DNA of 64,000 nucleotides from Octopus bimaculoides (Eukaryota), in assembly GCF_001194135.2 (NCBI RefSeq), contig NC_068981.1:176821684-176885683 (forward strand), read 5' to 3'. Positions 49,476-62,650 of this stretch are shown piece by piece. The notes beneath the pieces were generated by a model. That model did not search any database. It was not told where the DNA came from and saw nothing but the letters and a program-made list of their open reading frames with translations. The position numbers and the translations under genes are program-made. Numbering within the stretch: position 1 is the first letter of the stretch; every line of letters begins with the position of its first letter.

Positions 49476-51255
49476 AGCAAGTGGTCATATTATTCTGTTC
49501 TCTTTCTTTACCATATGAATCAACCCTAATCTGCGTGTGTATAGATCATGGTGTACCTATGCGCAGACACATGTGACTGTGTGTGTATGCATGTGTGGGT
49601 GTACAGTGATAGATTCGAGGGTTTCATTTATTTATGAGTTTATTTCTTAATTTCACCAGAATATAAATACCTACAACGGTGATACTTAGAAAAAAAAATT
49701 AATTCAGTTCAATTAAAAAGCATGGGTATGCAACACATTGTAAGCCATGCTATAATTAGCGAAAAAATTTATCTGCACGCAGGGTATGCATCGCCCCCCT
49801 CCAATGCCTTTTTTTTTTATTCACATTGTTTCAAATTAATCATGTATTATCTCATAATTGCTTATTTTTAGAATGACACTGTAGGATAAGTGTGAGAGGT
49901 TGGATCTGGTTGGTTTGAACATAAAACAGGTACAATATTTGAGCCAGAAATGGACAGTTTGAAAGCTAAAGGATTTCAATTATGATAGTTTTTTATGTAA
50001 TGTGATTTTTAGGTCAGGCATATTTAAATAAAGAATCTGCCTATGCTATAGCAACTTTGAGTCCCAAGCCATCACCAAGGGTTTATTGCTCTATTTATTA
50101 GTCTGGGGTATGGCATTAAACTACATCCAATAGTGAAACCCTGATTCAAGAATTCTAGGGTTTTGAGGAGTTTGAAATGCCTCCTAACCACTATTGTTCC
50201 TAGGTCTGCTCTGACACAGAGTAGTAGTACCTAACAAGGTCCAAGCTATTGGTTAATTAGCATATTAAGTCTTGCCTATCTATGCTTGTGAAGACTGGAT
50301 CCAGTGAACTTTGCATAGTTCAATGGAGGGGAAAGCAGCTGCAGCAACATGAGGCAAGTAAAATATCTTGGTCATTCACTGCATCCATCTCCATCTTCAG
50401 TCATCTTGACTTGATCTTGCCATTGGATTCAAGATGGTTACAGATGAGATACTGTGGTTGATGTTGCGCATATCTTCTTCACTTTAAACAAAGTCACCAC
50501 ACAAGCCATCAGTCATCCCTTAGGATGGCTAGATGGTTGTTGTTAGTTTGATAGATGAGCATGATATTGTTATATTGTAAATACATACAGGCATATACAA
50601 AAGTGTGTTATGGACAAAAAAAATTGTCCAGTAACCCATTTAGTTGTTATAGCCCAACTAAAGGTTATATCTTCATGGAATGTCGTGAAATGAGTTAGCT
50701 TAACAAAACCTGTTCATCAGATGCATAATTACAAAAAGTACGCTAAGGGAAATAACTCAAATGAGGCTATGGCATGAACTTAACTAATCCAGGCAGGTGG
50801 CGGTATATTGAATGATGTGAGGAAAAAAATTTCTAAATGATTTGAAATTTACCTCTTAGTTGGAAAAATAAAAATAAAACCTAGTAGCTGGTGTTAAAAG
50901 GAGAGATGATTTCAAGACATCAAGAATTAATTTCAAAGAAAATTTAATTTTGTGATTAGATTTTTCCTTTCTAAGATAAATTTCAATTTATTTACAATTT
51001 TCTCTCTCCATCATTCAATATATCACCACCTACCTGATTCTCTAACTGCAGCTAGACTTGACTTATCTACACAAAATTTTTGTTGTTTAGCTCAAGATTA
51101 GCTCTGATCGACCCATGATCGGTAGCATTCCTGCAATGATTATCTCCAAAAATTTTCAGACATAGTATATCCATGGTTACATTATACAATATAGTCTTGC
51201 TTCCTTAATGTAGAAGGGTGTGATTTAAGAATGATTTGGCTGCTATTAGGTAGAA

Positions 51256-51602
51256 CAGGGGTTCTCAACCATTTTTTATCTATGGACTCCTTTGATTACT
51301 ACTTTATTCTGGTGAACCCCCATAGCCATTCAATGTTTAAAAACTAGTTTTATAGAATCTTCTTTTAAAATTCCTATTTTATATTTCACACATTAACTTG
51401 TGTAATTCAATCTATGTCAGAGGAAGAAACCAAACTGTTTCTTGCAATACATACCAATACATACATCTAAAGCAAAATTTTTTCAGGGGCCCTTAAAATA
51501 CTATTGTGGACCCCACCCCCAATTTACTATTTTGGTGCATGGACCCCCAAAAATCTTATATGGACCCTCAAGGGCCATATGGACCCCAGTTGAGAACCAC
51601 TG
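51256..51602. mobile_element. hAT/Charlie-type MITE
   Basis: TIRs CAGGGGTTCTCAAC / GTTGAGAACCACTG; TSD AGGTAGAA / AGGTAGAT. Confidence 0.92.
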
Positions 51603-53349
51603 AGGTAGATGATGGACTTGACTCAACTAGAATCAAAAAATAGATCTTACTCATCGAGAAGAATTTAAGAGTACATGTAGATACTGTGTTTTTATTCAGA
51701 TGGTTGGGTGTATAGTTATGGGGTACTGCTTTCCAAACCAGGATCTGTAAATTATTGTCTTTACAAGTAAATGCTTCCATTTTTTTCTTAGCATGACACC
51801 ACCTACAGATACTAGAATCTCAGAATTATTTAAAGAAAGAAACCAAACATTCAATTGTAAAATGAAAAGCAAATTATTTATGTTACACTACTTGGCACTA
51901 ACATCAATTTGATATATTCTGTTTAGTTTGATTTATTTTCATTTATTTAGCCTTTCAATGGTCTATTATAAAAAAGAAAATCATTTGTGATTTACAGATT
52001 TTTTTTAATGTTATTTTATATATTTTGTTCTCAGTAAATAAATAAAAAATCTATAATATACCTCTTTAAATGTAATTATACTCAAGATATCATCTTGCAT
52101 TCCAGTTATTTCATATTCTGTAAACTTAGAAAGATGGTAAACAGTCTTTCAAGGAAGCTTAAATATTCTATATTTGTTCTAATTACATCAGTCTATTGAA
52201 CTTAAGATTGTTTACTTATTCATTTCATATAATTCCCTTTTTTCCCCCCTTCAATTTATTTGTTTATTATTTATTTGCCATTATTTTATAAAATTATGCC
52301 TGGCTATTGATTCTCTAGTGTAATCTAAAATTTATTGATATTGTCAACCCATTAAGACTACACTATAGAAATTGTGACATTCTTTTATTTAAAAATTTCT
52401 TTCTTCTTTTCCCTTATACATTAAAGCTATAATTTCCAATTTGAAAGAATATAATTGAAAATTTTCCCTTCCCTACCAAAAGAAAAAAAAATTCAATCTC
52501 ATTAATAATGATAAATGTTAGCACAGGACGGCCTATCTATATATATAAAAAAACATGAAGTACACATTTAAACAGAAAACTATCTGAATTTATTAACTCT
52601 GTTAATGGAACTAGTATTCTACAGAGTGGTGAGTGCCATAGACAAGGGATTGAGAGATGAGCATCCTATCTTATGAGTGGCATCAGTAACACATGTTTAG
52701 CTCATTGTTAAACCATTTCAGTTTATTTATGGCCCTGTAGCCAACAGCCGAGGGGGAAATAGATTACACTAGGCTAACTTAACCTTTGGCTGTCACAAGA
52801 ATTTTTATACACCATGTTCAATAATAATGGTAACCTTATGTGTATTCAAAGACACATCATCATTATCATTTTAACATCCACTTTTCCATGCTTGCAAGCG
52901 TCATATGGAGTTTATTGAGCCAGAGACCCTTCCTGTTGTCAACCCTTACCTATTTCCAAACAAGGTAATATTTCTCTCCCGGATCAGACATGATCTTACA
53001 GCTTATTAGAAATGAATAATACTGCTTGTATGACATATTAAACATTTTCTTCTTATTACAACATTTTATTCATTAAATTTTTTTTTTTTTAATTATTGTT
53101 ACTAACAAAGACTTTACTACTAGTATTCATGAATTCAAGTGTTTAAGTTCATATATGAAATAAGAGATATAGAAAAAAACCTGACCAAGATTTACATAAG
53201 CCCATACATAGCTGTGTAGTTAAGAAATTTACTTTGCATCCACATGCTTTCAGGTTCAGTCCCACTGCAAGTATCTTCTACTATAGCCTTGGACCAACCA
53301 AAGCCTTAAGAGTGAATTCGCTAAGTAGAAACTATTATATATATATATA

Positions 53350-53526
53350 GGGAGAATTCACAAAAAAAAACAACAGACAAAGACAGGTGTAGAAAACAAA
53401 CAGATGTATTAGTATAACGCTTGGGAATTGAAAAAGTCTTTAACGTTTCGAGCCTATGCTCTTCGACAGAAAGGAACACAGAAAGAAACAAGGAGAGAAA
53501 AAAAATGCATGTAATGGTTAGCGATC

Positions 53527-53527
<1 letters not shown>
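53350..53527 (-). mobile_element. Penelope-type pseudo-LTR repeat, copy 1, in (TA)n
   Basis: Direct repeat of 53818-54010; contains GAAGAG..CTCGAAACGTT on the minus strand. Confidence 0.6.
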
Positions 53528-53557
<30 letters not shown>

Positions 53558-53634
53558 ATAATATTAGGGAAAAAATTCCAAATTTACAGGGAAAAATTAA
53601 ATTTAATTTATCAAAATTAAATTAAATTTCACAA

Positions 53635-53779
53635 TATATAATTTAGAGAAAAAAAACCACAATTATTTAATTCATCCATGAAAATCCACAATCATTTTAG
53701 TGTATTTACTTATTAGATTTTTCTATATGTGATTGTAGATTTTCATAGATGAATTAAATAAATGTGGTTTTTTTTCTCT

Positions 53780-53788
<9 letters not shown>
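53635..53788. repeat. AT-rich hairpin, about 60-bp arms with a 35-nt loop
   Basis: 53635-53694 is the reverse complement of 53730-53788, with few mismatches. Confidence 0.9.
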
Positions 53789-53817
<29 letters not shown>

Positions 53818-53819
<2 letters not shown>

Positions 53820-54010
53820 AGAATTCACAAAAAAACAACAGACGAAGACAGGTGGTGTAAACAACAAATGGATGTATTAGTATAACGCTTGGGAATATAG
53901 AAAGTCTTTAACGTTTCGAGCCTACACTCTTCAATGGAAAGGAACACAGAAAGAAACAAGGAGAGAAATAAGGAGAGAAAAAAATGTGTGTAGTGGGTCA
54001 GCAATCTATC
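53818..54010 (-). mobile_element. Penelope-type pseudo-LTR repeat, copy 2
   Basis: High identity to copy 1 by eye; flanked by TA-rich microsatellite. Confidence 0.6.
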
Positions 54011-54269
54011 ATGGCGATACATACATACATACATATACATACACACACACATTATATAAGGGTAAAGGGTAAAAACCCCTTTTCAGTCATGAATAATGAT
54101 CATTTCTACAGATGAGTGAACTGGAGCAACGTGAAATAAAGTGCCTTGCTCAAAAAAAAAACAACACACAGCCTGGTCCAGGAATTGAACTCCCAACCTC
54201 TTGCTCATAAGCCTTATGCTCTTACCACTGAGCCAAATATCACTCAATAAATTGTTGCAGGTTAAGGCA

Positions 54270-54482
54270 GTGAGCTGGCAGAATCGTTAGCACATTAGAC
54301 AAAATGTTTAGCAGCATTTTGTCTGTTTTTATGTTCTGAGTTCAAATTCCACCAAGGCCGTCTTTACCTTTTATCCCTTCAGGATCAGTAAAATAAGTAC
54401 CAGTTGAGCACTGGGCATGACATGTAATCGACTTACCTATCTCCTTTAAAATTGCTGGCCTTGTGCCAAAATTTGAAACCAG
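54270..54482 (+). mobile_element. SINE family C
   Basis: Full match ending aaatttgaaacc. Confidence 0.85.
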
Positions 54483-55123
54483 TACATGGATCCCAGTTTA
54501 GTCCCTGTGTATTGCACTTCCTTTAAGTGTCTTTGACATCACTTTGTGAGTGGAGTTTAGTAGAGAGAGGACCGTCCTATATATATATATATCACATAAA
54601 AGCACTCAGTCCACTCTGGTATTAGGAAGGGCATCCAGTTGAAAATACCATGCCAAAACAGACACAGAAGTCTGGTGCAGGCTTCTGCCTGGCCAGAAGG
54701 CAGACATTAAACGATGATGATGATGATGATGATGATGATGATAATGATGATGATGATGATGTGTGTGTTTATGCTTACAGTCATCAAAAAAAGCTAATGT
54801 TTTTTGTATTGCTTTTATGTCCAAAAACGTAGCAGTTCAGCAAATAGAGATTGATAAACTAAGTACTAGACAGAAATAACTACTGGGATTGAGATGATTG
54901 ACTAGGAACCTTTGAAAGTAGTGCCCCAGTATGGCCACAGTTGAATAAATGAAACCAGTAAAAAACAAAAACAAATGTAATTAATTCCTCTATGGCTCTT
55001 TCATATATTTAGTTGAGATTAATTATACCACATCTACATTAAGTGTTCGTGTACAAATGTTAAAGATCATTTCTTTCTTTCTTTCTGTCTGTCTTTTTTT
55101 CTCATTATTTTGTGTTTCATTAG

Positions 55124-55190
55124 ACGCTTTGAAATTCCTTTCCTTTATAGCAGCATGAACAAGTTGAAAACATTTTCTAAGGCTTTTTAA
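55124..55190 (+). CDS. Candidate terminal exon (phase 2), (R)RFEIPFLYSSMNKLKTFSKAF*
   Basis: About 50-nt pyrimidine tract before cattag; a second in-frame TAGCAG acceptor at 55150. Confidence 0.25.
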
Positions 55191-56657
55191 CTGCAACGTT
55201 TTACCAAGAAATCAACTTCTTTCAAATGATAGAGGTTACAAATTGTATATCAAAGTTAATTTCAACTGAATGTAACATATGAACAAAAATACTTAGAAAT
55301 ATTTTCAGAAACTTTTATTCATTAGAGAGGCTTAATTGTGAATTTCAAATACTAGTTTTCTTTTGAGCACATCTATTCAATCCTAAACTTGAAATGTTCA
55401 ACAGTAATAGGCTGTTGTTGTAGTTGTCATTGCTGTTGTTGGTGGTGGTGGTTTTGTTGTTGCTGTCAGTGTTGTTGTTGTCAGATGGTTTGTTTGTCTG
55501 GGGAAGGGGGGTGGATTTTTTTTTTTTATGTAATTTTTTTTTTCTTTTTTACAATTTTTACTCATACATATACTGGAAGCAAGGTATTTAACTTAACATG
55601 CAATATTCTGAATAGATTTATTTACAGCAATATGTTAAAATACTTTAGTTAATTTTCAATTTAAAACCATTTACCAAATTTATTTCAGGAGCTGATCAAT
55701 AAAATAGTCAATTACTTTACAGATGAGGTAAAATAAACTATATATAAAAATAGCATATGCTGTCCCCTCCTCCACCTTCTTGTCATCACCACAATTATTA
55801 TCATCATCATCATTCTATTCCCTTCTGTTTGTTTTGCTATGCTTTGCGTTAACATTCCACCTCAGCCCACCCACCAGTATTAATTGACAGTATGTGTTTT
55901 GTTTTATTAGTCTAAGGCAGAGCAGCATAAATAGTCTTTTCAAGCCTCACTTGACTGAAAGATTGAGTAAATGTGTATGATTAATATGGTTTATGTTCAA
56001 TTTGAACTCTTGTATAATATGTTGAATGCAGGCTAATGTGTTTAATGAAGCCAAAACAGAATTTTTAATTAATTGAAAATAAATATCAACATTGTCATCA
56101 TTATGATCGTTTTAATATCCACTCTTCCATGCTTGCATGGGTCATTGTAAAGAAAAAACATTAGTGTTAATGAGGTTTCTTGTCAAAAAGAGCAAGGGAG
56201 AGAACTCGAATTCAATTTAATAGCAAAAATTAAATAGCAGTTTGAAAGTAAGACATAAGAAAGGCAACACATGTGTAATCAAGGTTTTGCTGATAAATGT
56301 TCTCAATTAAAATGCCTAAATCTAATTACAATATTCAGTGTGAGTAGTTACTTGTATAAACAGAATAATGCTTATTATTCTAGATGGATATTCATATAGT
56401 TCAACTTAAATTCCATTTATATAAAATTATTCCATTAAACTTTTGCCTGTCCAAAACATTTCCATAAGTTTGTATTAAATGTCCATACTTGTTTCAAAAC
56501 TTTTAGTTAACCCGTGTTTCATACATTCTGAGTTATATAAAGCTTTCTATTCATGTTTCAATTTTCACTACGGTGGTTGAAATTTTAAAAAATGTGTATC
56601 ATATATAATGCATTGATGCCAAAGAAATATGTCCTGATCACCTTATATGATTCACAG

Positions 56658-56824
56658 GACAGGAAAAATGTCAACACATACAGGCTCTTAGTTTCTGTGC
56701 GTCAAAAGTAAGAAACAAATGGAGTGAAGATTCAGTAAAAGAAAATATAATCTTCACAGCAAAATCACAATGTCAAACTGAAGACTACAGGAATTCACTT
56801 GTGTCATGTAGCATTTCATTTTAA
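56658..56824 (+). CDS. Candidate exon (phase 1), 54 open codons, internal phase-0 donor at 56707
   Basis: (G)QEKCQHIQALSFCASK|VRNKWSEDSVKENIIF..SCSISF*; donor AAA|GTAAGA; acceptor only moderate. Confidence 0.22.
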
Positions 56825-56860
56825 GAAAACACGCACATACACATACTTTCTCTCTTTCTA

Positions 56861-56901
<41 letters not shown>

Positions 56902-56964
56902 NNNNNNNNNNNNNNNNNNNNNNNNNNNNNNNNNNNNNNNNNTATATATATATATATATATATA

Positions 56965-57430
56965 TATCATCATCATCATCGTCTAACGTCCGCCTTCCAT
57001 GCTAGCATGGGTTGGACAATTTGACTGAAGACTGGCGAACCAGAAGGCTGCACCAGGCTCCAATCTGATTTCTACAGCTGGATGCCCTTCCTAACGCCAA
57101 CCACTCTGAGAGTGTAGTGGGTGCTTTTACATGCCACCGGCACAAGGGCCAGTCAGGTAGTACTGGTAATGGCCACGCTCAAAATGGTGTTTTTTACATG
57201 CCACCTGCACGGTAGCTAGTCCAGTGGCACTGGCAACGACCTTGCTCGAATGTTTTTTCATGTGCCACCAGCACAAGTGCAAGGAAGGTAACGTTGGTAG
57301 CGATCACACTCAAATGGTGCTATTTACGTGCCACTGGCATGGAAGCCACACAGCTGCTCTGGCAATGATCACACTCAGACTGTGCTCTTAGCGCTCCACT
57401 GGCACAGGTGTCAGTCATCAAATTTGGTTC
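56965..57430 (-). mobile_element. Family B RTE 3'UTR with subrepeats, inserted in (TA)n
   Basis: Collinear with 19815-20270; (TA)n on both sides. Confidence 0.9.
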
Positions 57431-58493
57431 AATATATATATATCTTTTTACTTCCATCTCTCAGAAATTCAGCTTTAAAACATTGATCATTATTTTGATA
57501 TGGTCTGGTACTTATAAAATGGTGTCTTCTTAAGACTAATCTTTTAAATTTTTTATCATCAAGTTTTATATGGCCCAGTGATTGCCTTTATTAAAAGACA
57601 TTTACTCCAATCATTCAAAAGTAGAGTTTAGCTACAAAGCATGTGCTCGTCAAACAAACATATTGAGTCTAAAGCAGCTATAAGAAATCAATAGGAACCA
57701 GTAAAATATATCAATTGCTAAATGTTTGTGAACGTATTTCTCCACCTGAGACTTCAAGCAGGTGAATAAGACATTTCAAATGAAACATTTATACAATTTG
57801 GGGTGGAGTGGGGGATTTGTAATGTAAGTTTTCACCAAAATGGCAAAAAGTTTTTTCCATTTTCAAGCTCTGTCTTGCTCTGTTCAAAAATTGTTTTGAC
57901 TTAGAAGTGCTAAATTGCCGCAAGGTTACAGGGAATTTGATTCTCTTAGAATAAATGTAAACGGTTTGGTCATGCAATTCTTTTACTGCAAGTTATTGTC
58001 ATTTAGCTCCTGTACAGCCCAGATTAAACAGGCCTTTAATCACAGGTATTCCTAAAATGGCTATTCCATCATTTTAGGAGTATATAGTAGATAGTAGAGT
58101 GACTTGAGGGAAATTTGGTTGCTATTTCTAGCATAGAGATTCTCCAAGTAAAATAATAAAGTTGATACTTAGTGGTGTACTTTCTTCAGTTTTAAGTATT
58201 TTGGCTGCACTGTAACATTGTCTCATACACTCATTATCATTATGTTGACTAATCAACCTATTCAAGCATTAGTCATTAAACCATTCAGAGGCAATGTTAC
58301 AATGGCATTAGTCGAGCTAACCCAAATTATGGGAAGAAGCAAGATTAGCATTGGATATATAGCTATACACAGTCCCTGCTCTGTTGTGTACTTAGAGTTT
58401 CATGTCTCAACATTCTTCATTGACATTTAAGTTTAATGGTCCAAAAGCCCCTATGGTCAAATTTTGCCTGTCTGGAGATTCCATTGCTTACAT

Positions 58494-58636
58494 CATCATC
58501 ATCAACATCATCATCATCGTTTAATGTCCGCTTTCCATGCTAGCATGGGTTGGACGATTTGACTGAGGACTGGTGAACCAGATGGCTACACCAGGCTCCA
58601 ATCTGATCTGGCAGAGTTTCTACAGCTGGATGCCCT
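58494..58636 (-). mobile_element. Family B short copy
   Basis: (CAT)n plus core, truncated at ggatgccctt. Confidence 0.88.
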
Positions 58637-59457
58637 TTTCACTAATTTGAAACATAAAAACTTTTGCTTCACTTAATTAAAGGTAGTCTGTAGATAAAAA
58701 ATTCATAAGACAGAAAAATAAACTACTTAAAGAAAACATCATAGACCCAAGTAACTCACCATGAAGAGTTCAGGTCACAGTCACTAAACTGAAGATCAAA
58801 ATCTATGCCATATGGATTTCACTACCATTATACAATACTTTACACTACTTATACATTTTTCCAGCACTTGTAATTAATTATAGACACTTATATACTACTT
58901 TATACATTTTTCCAGCACTTGTAATTAATTAACAAGTTAATATATCTCAACATAAGGTGGCAAGCTCGTAGAATCATTAGCATGCCAGGCAAAATGCTTA
59001 GTGGCATTTCGGCCATCTTCACATTCTGAGTTCAAATTCCACTGTGGTCAACTTTGTCTTTCATCCTTTTGGAGTGATAAAATAACTACCAGGTGAACTC
59101 TGGGGTTGATGTAATCAACTTACCTATGCCAAAGCAGACACTGGAACATAATGCAGTCTGTGGACACATTGGATCCTGTCAAACCATCCAGCCCATACCA
59201 GAATGAAATACTGACATTAAATGATAATGAATTATCTTAAATATTTGTACTCTTATTTAGATATGAATGTAGTAAGTCTATTGGCAATGATAGAATAACT
59301 CTAGACATATTTTTGTCATGTGTCAAAGCTCTCAGCATAACACTTTCTAGGGAAAAAAATACATTATTGCTAAAACAAGTATCAATTTCCTTAATTATTG
59401 TATTAAAGGACACAAAATAACACCTGGCCCTATTAAGCAGTTTTCCCTTAAACATCT

Positions 59458-59685
59458 TTAACCCTTTAGCACTCTGATTACTTTGTCTAATATAATACTT
59501 ATTGATTCACATTGTTTTGAATTAATCATGCATTATCTCATAGGTTCAAGATTTTGTTGACGTGATTATATACTTTTAGAATAACATTGTAGGTTAAGTG
59601 TTCAAGGCTGGATTTAGTCACTTTGAAAATAAAACAGGTAGCATATTTGGGCCCAATATGGTTAATTTAAATGCTAAAAGGTTAG
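59458..59685 (+). mobile_element. TTAA MITE family D
   Basis: TTAACCCTTTAGCA ... TGCTAAAAGGTTAG. Confidence 0.85.
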
Positions 59686-60581
59686 ATACCTAATTTTAAA
59701 AAACAACTTGAAAAGATCATGCAATTGCTAGTTTATAACAGCAAGAAAATGGCACATTTTTCAGATAAAGACCCTTAATAATGCCTCAAAAAGGTGTTGC
59801 TGTTTTCAAAAAAGATTTAAATCATAAAAGAAAGTTCTTGTCTCTACACTATTGATAACGCCATTCCATTTGCAGTGGAGACCAACTTGTTGGACACTAC
59901 TCTACCTGCAACATATACATGGATTGTATTCTGTTGCTTGTCTCTCAAACCCTTTCTAAAAGTAGACTGTTGTATCCTTCTATTAAGAAAAGCAGCTGCC
60001 ACAGTTGTTAGATGTTTAGGCAAATGGCAATGCTACCTCCTAAGGAGATACTTTACCCCCATTACAGGACAACAAAGCATCCAATTTATGCTGGATAAAT
60101 CTTGTAAATGCAAAGTAAGAATGACAAAATATTATGCTGGAGGGTCCAAATTCCATTATGCAATTTTAGCATTTTCTATAGATCTGGAATAGAGAATGTG
60201 TGCACTGATTTCTTGTTCTGAATTTGTTCTGTTCAATCAGATTATAGATTTCTTTAATAGTTCATGATGATTTGTGTCACCCAGTTGTGAAAAAGTTGTG
60301 ACATTGCATAAAAGACAAAAATTTTCCATCTACTAAAAATACTTGCAAAATCTGTTATATTGTGAGTGCCAAATGTGCTCTGACCTAAAACTTAAATTTT
60401 AAAGTCTTTATAGAACAACACTTCATAAAGGCTATTCAGATGAAGGAGGAATATATATTGCATTCAGTTAGTAGTTGGGGTTTAATATCAAAATACATAT
60501 CTTTTAGTAATGGTTCATGAATATTCACATTACTGTTTTCTAATTACTTGTTCTGATTACATCTCTTAAACAGTTTTTCAG

Positions 60582-61028
60582 TGTCTCAAAAAGCTTTTTC
60601 TCTGGTTGGAACTTTCAACACTAACAACAGTGATAGAGAATCTCATGACTATGGAAGCACAAGGCTTTGTAGAAAAACAATAAAGAATTGTGCAAATAAG
60701 AACTACATAGAGTATCGACGTGCTGACACTATGAGGGATCATAATAGAGGGTGTGACCAAGTTGGGTAAATTCAAGAAAGCTCAACTAATATATGAGATA
60801 CTGTTTCGCTCTGTGATTTCTCAGCGTCTGACATTTACAAGTGAAAGAGTCAATCTTATAGAAACAGACTTATCAATTGCTGACTCAATTCTAGATCCTA
60901 ATAACATTTCCAGCTCTCATTCTTTATGCCGCAGCACTGCCATTATTTCTCAAGAGGGAGTGAATAACAGTAATACGGAGATTATTTCAAAGAGAGCTAT
61001 AAAAGCACTTGAAAGAACTACTTTATGA
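60582..61028 (+). other. Coding-like island: candidate last exon(s) or a decayed transposase
   Basis: Two overlapping ORFs (62 and 91 aa), acceptors at 60581 and 60824, C-terminus ..ALERTTL*. Identity unresolved. Confidence 0.35.
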
Positions 61029-62439
61029 CTTTATTACTGTGTTAAATTATATAAACATAAAATCTAATTTTACATTAGAGTTATGCTTATTGCTGTTAAC
61101 TCCTGCTAATTTTACGTTCTCAGAGTTCATTGCTTCTTTTTTTCTTTCTTTTTCTTAAAGGTGGAGGGAAAGTTGCGATTCTACATTTCCTCAATAATTT
61201 ATGTATCATGTGGTAGGTGAGCTCTCTTCCAAAGGTAAGCCAGATGCTGTTTTGCAGCATTGTTCCTTGAATAAAGTCTTCAATATATAGATCTATCTTG
61301 TTACTTCTTAAGAGAATTTATAATAAAAGTAATTTTATATTCTAAACTTCAAATTAAATGTATAAGGAATGTGTAAAACATTATCAAATAATGTTTCAAG
61401 TAGAAATTGTCTTGTTCTTGAGAGAAAAAGAGACATTTTCATCTAAAATTAATCAATAATTTTTGTGAATATTTACTTCAACAAATAGTTTAATATTATA
61501 TTAGATATTTACTAACAATTAACTTCTTCAAATAAACATTTCCTTAATACTCTAGCAATGAATGCTAACAACTACAATTGAATACTCCTGTTATCACTGA
61601 GTTAAAATGAAAGAAGTTATAGGGAAAATACATTAAACGAAAGAGATTCATACTTAATTTATCAGGTTCTTGGCTGACAATGAAGTCTCCTGTGTTACCT
61701 GCTAAATGTGGTTAATGGAACCCTTGACAACTTTTAGTCACTAGGTTTTCTTCAAGCAAAGCCTCTGATAAGAAATTTTACAAGGCAGAAAGAGATTAAT
61801 TTCAGGCCCTTTCTGAGAAGTGGGTGGGGGCTTCTCCCAGTCAGAAAATCACAAAGTACCCTCTTAGATTTCCAGGCCCCTCCTTGAATCTAAAAGTCCT
61901 GGATTGCTGTACTAGCTGCCCTGACTTCAAATTCTGACTGGAAAAATAGCAAAGATTATAGACGATGCTGAAACAAATTAATAGATGTTATCACCAAAAA
62001 TATAACCCAGATGAATTAAAATATTCAGTTTCCAACATTGTTCAGTGTTAATTAAATAATAAATACCAGATGGATCACACTAACATTTAACTCTTTTGTC
62101 TCTACCATTCAGTTATTATCAGTTGACAGAAACAATTAATTCATGCTTGTGTGTTATCATTGAAATAGTCATTACTGAAATAATGGGTTCTTCCAAAAAT
62201 ATTTAGTTGGAAATTATTAGAGTAGATTGGTGGTTTTCACAGCCATGTTTTATTCAAAGACCTCAATAACAAAAGGTAATAGTTCCAGCTGGCATACACT
62301 ATCAACAAGGGCTGAAACTTCAGACTTATTATCATGTTATTGCATCTCCCATTGGCTTTTTCATGATGATAAATATTCCACATAAATATTGTTCTGAGTA
62401 TATTATTTGTTGCTAGTATTACTTACTTATGTAAGACAG

Positions 62440-62650
62440 CAAGCTGACAGAATCATTAGCATGCCTGGCAAAATGCTTAGTGGTATTTCATCCGGCTTAA
62501 TGCTCCGAGTTCAAATTCAACTGAGGTCAACTTTGCCTTTCATCTTTTTAGGGTCGATAAATTAAGAACCAGTTGTGTACTGGAGTCGACCTAATTGACT
62601 GGCCCCCTCCCCCAAAAAATTTCAGGCCTTGTGCCTAGAGTAGAAAAGAA
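62440..62650 (+). mobile_element. SINE family C
   Basis: Full match ending gtagaaaagaat; another copy at about 58960-59130. Confidence 0.87.

Noticed and set aside
59875-60192. 105-aa ORF after a ttccatttgcag acceptor
   Set aside because: Cys/Leu-rich composition typical of non-coding frames and no recognisable motif.
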